NCBI RefSeq assembly: GCF_964204645.1
Contig: NC_134028.1
Span: 8,990,001-9,054,000, forward strand
Length of the DNA: 64,000 bases
DNA from: Tubulanus polymorphus
Taxonomy: Eukaryota > Animalia > Nemertea
Reading direction: 5' to 3'
Every line of letters starts with the position of its first letter. Position 1 is the first letter of the stretch. Under the pieces are notes generated by a model. The model saw only the letters and a list, made by a program, of their open reading frames with translations, ran no database searches and was not told the DNA's origin. This document shows positions 60,901 to 64,000 of this stretch, piece after piece. A program made the position numbers and the translations under genes.

Positions 60901-63833
60901 CGCCAAGTTCGCCGGTTAACAAATCTTCGAACAATTCAATACTTAATAAATCGTCGGTTTTACCATTCAGTTCGAAACCCGATACGACAGCCAAATATCT
61001 GAAAACAATGTACACATTCTTAGCCATTTGAACAGAACTAGGGTTCTAGGGAAGCAATGCCCACTTGCGAACAGCAATGGCAGCCAGAGTCGGTCATCTC
61101 GACTCTGATCAGGCCAGTTTTGCTGCGTATAAACTAAATATAAAATCCTTGAAGCGCCTTCAAAACTTCCCAATTATTCTGTCTACGGAATGAACAGACC
61201 AAAAGTTAATGCAATAGCTAGCCCTTAAGTCCCAAGTGGACTTAAAAGAAAGTACCCCTCGGAGTGACTTAACCAAAATTGACTATTGACTAGTTTAATT
61301 CAAATTGGTTTATTTCCAATGATTTAATTCAAGAGTCAAATACTCAACTCGGGTGGAACTGCCTAGGTCCTGATGATCACTCAGAGTATGGACTACATAT
61401 TCAATAAATGCCCATGAAAAGACGTAAGGGGCAAGTTACAATTTCAGTGATTTTGATCAGAGTCAAAAGTCAAATCATCAGCCAGTATTCAACTCAAATG
61501 CTATGAGCCATTTTCAAATCATAGTCCATAGGATTTGAGTCAAAACATCATCAAACTAGTAAATTTATTCACAAATTAATCTCGCTTGTTATGAATTTCT
61601 TACCGGTCCTTACTGATTTCCGGTAGCGGCGCCTGCGGCGGTAAATCGACGAAACAGTAATCTTCGACTTGAAATTTGCCTTTTTTATCGTCGAGCTCGA
61701 CGCCTTTAACCGCGATTACGACACCGGTTATAACTCGGCCAAAGTCGACGTCTCCTTCCAATACGATTCTCTGTAATTCGTCTTCCAAAATCAATACGTC
61801 CGAGTCGTCCGTATATTTCGTTTGTACGGGTTGAGGTAACAAACCTTGCTGGAAGATTATCATCGTGAAATGATTAGTTTACAGAACTGCGCTCTACATG
61901 TATAACACCGGGCTGCCAACCTCTGAAAAGTGCTATCAGTAACAAATTGAATTTTTTTCAGAAACATTCCATTGAAATATGAAAGAAGATGTTCAAATTA
62001 ATCATTAATGAACAATAATACACTCAGTAACATCTTTCATATTTCTGTATGCATCAAACAAATCTAATCAGTATTTCTCATTATAAGAGTAACAAATACT
62101 GAACATCAGGAACAGTTGGCAGCTCTGTATAAGTGCAATGAAAAGTTTATAGAGGTCTGGCACATACTTATAATAAGGCCTAAAAGTAATCTAATTTCTA
62201 TAGTGCTTTTTTTACTGTGATACAAAGTTCAATGGCATTTTCCATTAAATAGGTATCATTCCCCCCATTTATCAGTCATCTCTCTCTGGGGAGAAGTAAC
62301 TTCTAAGCAGCTGCAAGATGCTCATCAGACCGAGAACCTATTTTACTGCTGGGTGAAGAGAGGCAACGAGGATAAATGTCTTGGACGGGGACACTTCGGT
62401 AATGTACGGGTTCGAACTCACGACCTGGCTTCCTAGAGTCAAACGCTCTAACCACTCGCTCTTTGATCACATGAGGTCATATAGGTTGTTTGCCAAAGTG
62501 CTGAGGACTAACCACTAAAAATAATCGGGGGGTTTATAAGCTCCCAGGGTCTGTCATATTTCTGCACAGGTTAAGGTTACAAACCTTGCTGTAAGATTAT
62601 CAAACTCAAGCATTTTCATTCGATACAAACGTAAAGATTAGTTTATAGCTGCAATCACACAGAGACCTTATGTATCAGCCCTCACCAACCCAATAGCTGA
62701 AACTTTCTCAAACTGCTCATTTGAATGTTGCCCCTTTGCCATTTTGGCTCATTCCCAAGATATTCAGAGCGAGCTCTTAAGCGAAATGGGCAAACACTAA
62801 TGATCCAATTTCCCTTACCTCGGTGCAGAGTTCTTTAAGGATGTTTGGTTTCAAGACCATTTTTTTAAACAAGGTTCCGATGACGACGCACGGCTTTTCT
62901 GATTCAAGTTCAAACAATCTTACAATAGAAATGTCTTCACCTGAAAATAATAACATCAATCAATCGTGGAAGGAATCTCACTTGGAATTTCGCTTAGTGA
63001 ATGGCAAGAGTAAAAGCCTAAATAACGAGTCGAGTAGTACTATATAGGTATCAAGTAAAAGCCTATCATAGATCTTCACGGTTGATAGAACACTATATCC
63101 GTGTTGACGCGTGTTGACGCGATGTAGAGAGAATCCCACAATGATAAGAAAAAGTCCGATTTATATTTATACTCACTATTGTTGTTTATAATTACCCTTT
63201 GGTTTGCTTCCCTTTAATCTATTTTAGCGTGTAACTGTTTCTACATTATTTTCATTTAGTTTGTATCATCTCTGATTACTTGAATTAGTCTCCTTGTCTC
63301 TGGATTGTATATATCTCATAATTTTTGTAGTATCTCATTATTCCTGAAGATGACTATTAGGATATAGTCGAAACGTTGAAATAAACTACTATCTCGAAGT
63401 TACATTTTCGGACTTTTTCTTATCATTGTGGAATTCTCTCTATATCATAGATCTTATCTAGTTTGGAAATGAAGTCAAAACTTTTGTTGAACTGAACCCC
63501 TAAGTAGTTGCTGGGGTCCCTCGGGCGAATCCCCGTCATAATTTCTCCACCCAAAATACCTCCATCCATTTAAATATCCCACACGCTCACTACTCGATTC
63601 CGTTGTTCTAACGCAAAATTTGGATTATTCAACATATTTCAACGGACACTACAGAAGCTGATCTTACCCCATCTGTTTTTAGCGGCCTGCACGACTCTAG
63701 GTTTCAACGTGATTAAACGTTGCGAGTAAACGTGCGCGTACTGTCTCTCGTAATTCCGCTGTTTCAATTTAAAACGTTCCGACAGATCTTTATATTCCGC
63801 CGTACAACGATCGATGCTCAACTCGTCGTCCAT
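57975..63833 (-). CDS. POLD2: DNA polymerase delta subunit 2
   Basis: Exons 63833-63668, 62940-62819, 61848-61604, 60998-60803, 60713-60633, 60020-59863, 59620-59493, 58863-58762 and 58099-57975. Motifs RQYAHVYSQRL, VIGTLFKKM, LEDELQRI, DPANYVLPQQPMH, HLTPTAPDTLGCYPY, CPHIY. An acceptor at ~63853 implies a further upstream exon, possibly UTR. Confidence 0.95.
62195..62462 (-). mobile_element. tRNA-derived SINE
   Basis: Minus strand agcgagtggttagagcg (A box) ... gagttcgaaccc (B box), followed by a CORE/Meta-like cctctcttcacccagcagtaaaataggt block. No complete cloverleaf. Confidence 0.65.
63077..63442 (+). mobile_element. Penelope-like pLTR remnant with hammerhead-ribozyme motif
   Basis: 13-bp TSD TATCATAGATCTT at 63064-63076 and 63443-63455. 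Inverted repeat ~63127-63159 versus ~63408-63440. ttc-CTGAAGAT-GACTAT taggat ATAGTC-GAAACGTT-gaa at 63341-63380. Confidence 0.75.
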
Positions 63834-64000
63834 TCTTCTTCAATAACGATCGCTTGAAATAGAAAGAAAGTTGAACAGTTATTCATCGGTTATTATAGGC
63901 CTATACAGAATTTCGGAGATAATTTCGAATTAGTTAATTTTTCACTAATTCGCGTTCGTGAACAGATTCAATCATAGAGTTAACCCAATAGACCCCAGAG

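Noticed and set aside
60055-62462. tRNA genes at ~60060 and ~62400-62460
   Set aside because: Only A/B-box-like pieces without a complete cloverleaf; they are SINE heads.

Overview
AT-rich, intron-rich animal genomic DNA, probably a marine invertebrate (species not determinable). Three conserved host genes can be assembled exon by exon from GT-AG sites: an ETNPPL/PHYKPL-family class-III aminotransferase-like gene (+, 10601-36354, first coding exon not found), LAMTOR3 (+, 41843-55985) and POLD2 (-, 63833-57975). Two secreted WAP four-disulfide-core genes are nested antisense in the 14.8-kb intron of the ETNPPL-like gene. A near-complete DIRS1-type tyrosine-recombinase retrotransposon lies in the last LAMTOR3 intron. 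The left 6 kb holds a decayed DDE transposase (Academ/DUF6589-like) facing, tail-to-tail, a spliced gene encoding a MADS-box-like domain, Thr-rich repeats and a PHD finger; this pair is the most unusual system here. Other signals: substitutions at PLP-site residues plus an NLS-like tail in the ETNPPL-like protein, four short insertions carrying minimal hammerhead-ribozyme motifs, a 31-bp hairpin minisatellite split by a Helitron-like insert with CTCF-like motifs, and many MITE, SINE and LINE remnants. All family assignments come from motif recognition by eye; no searches were run.
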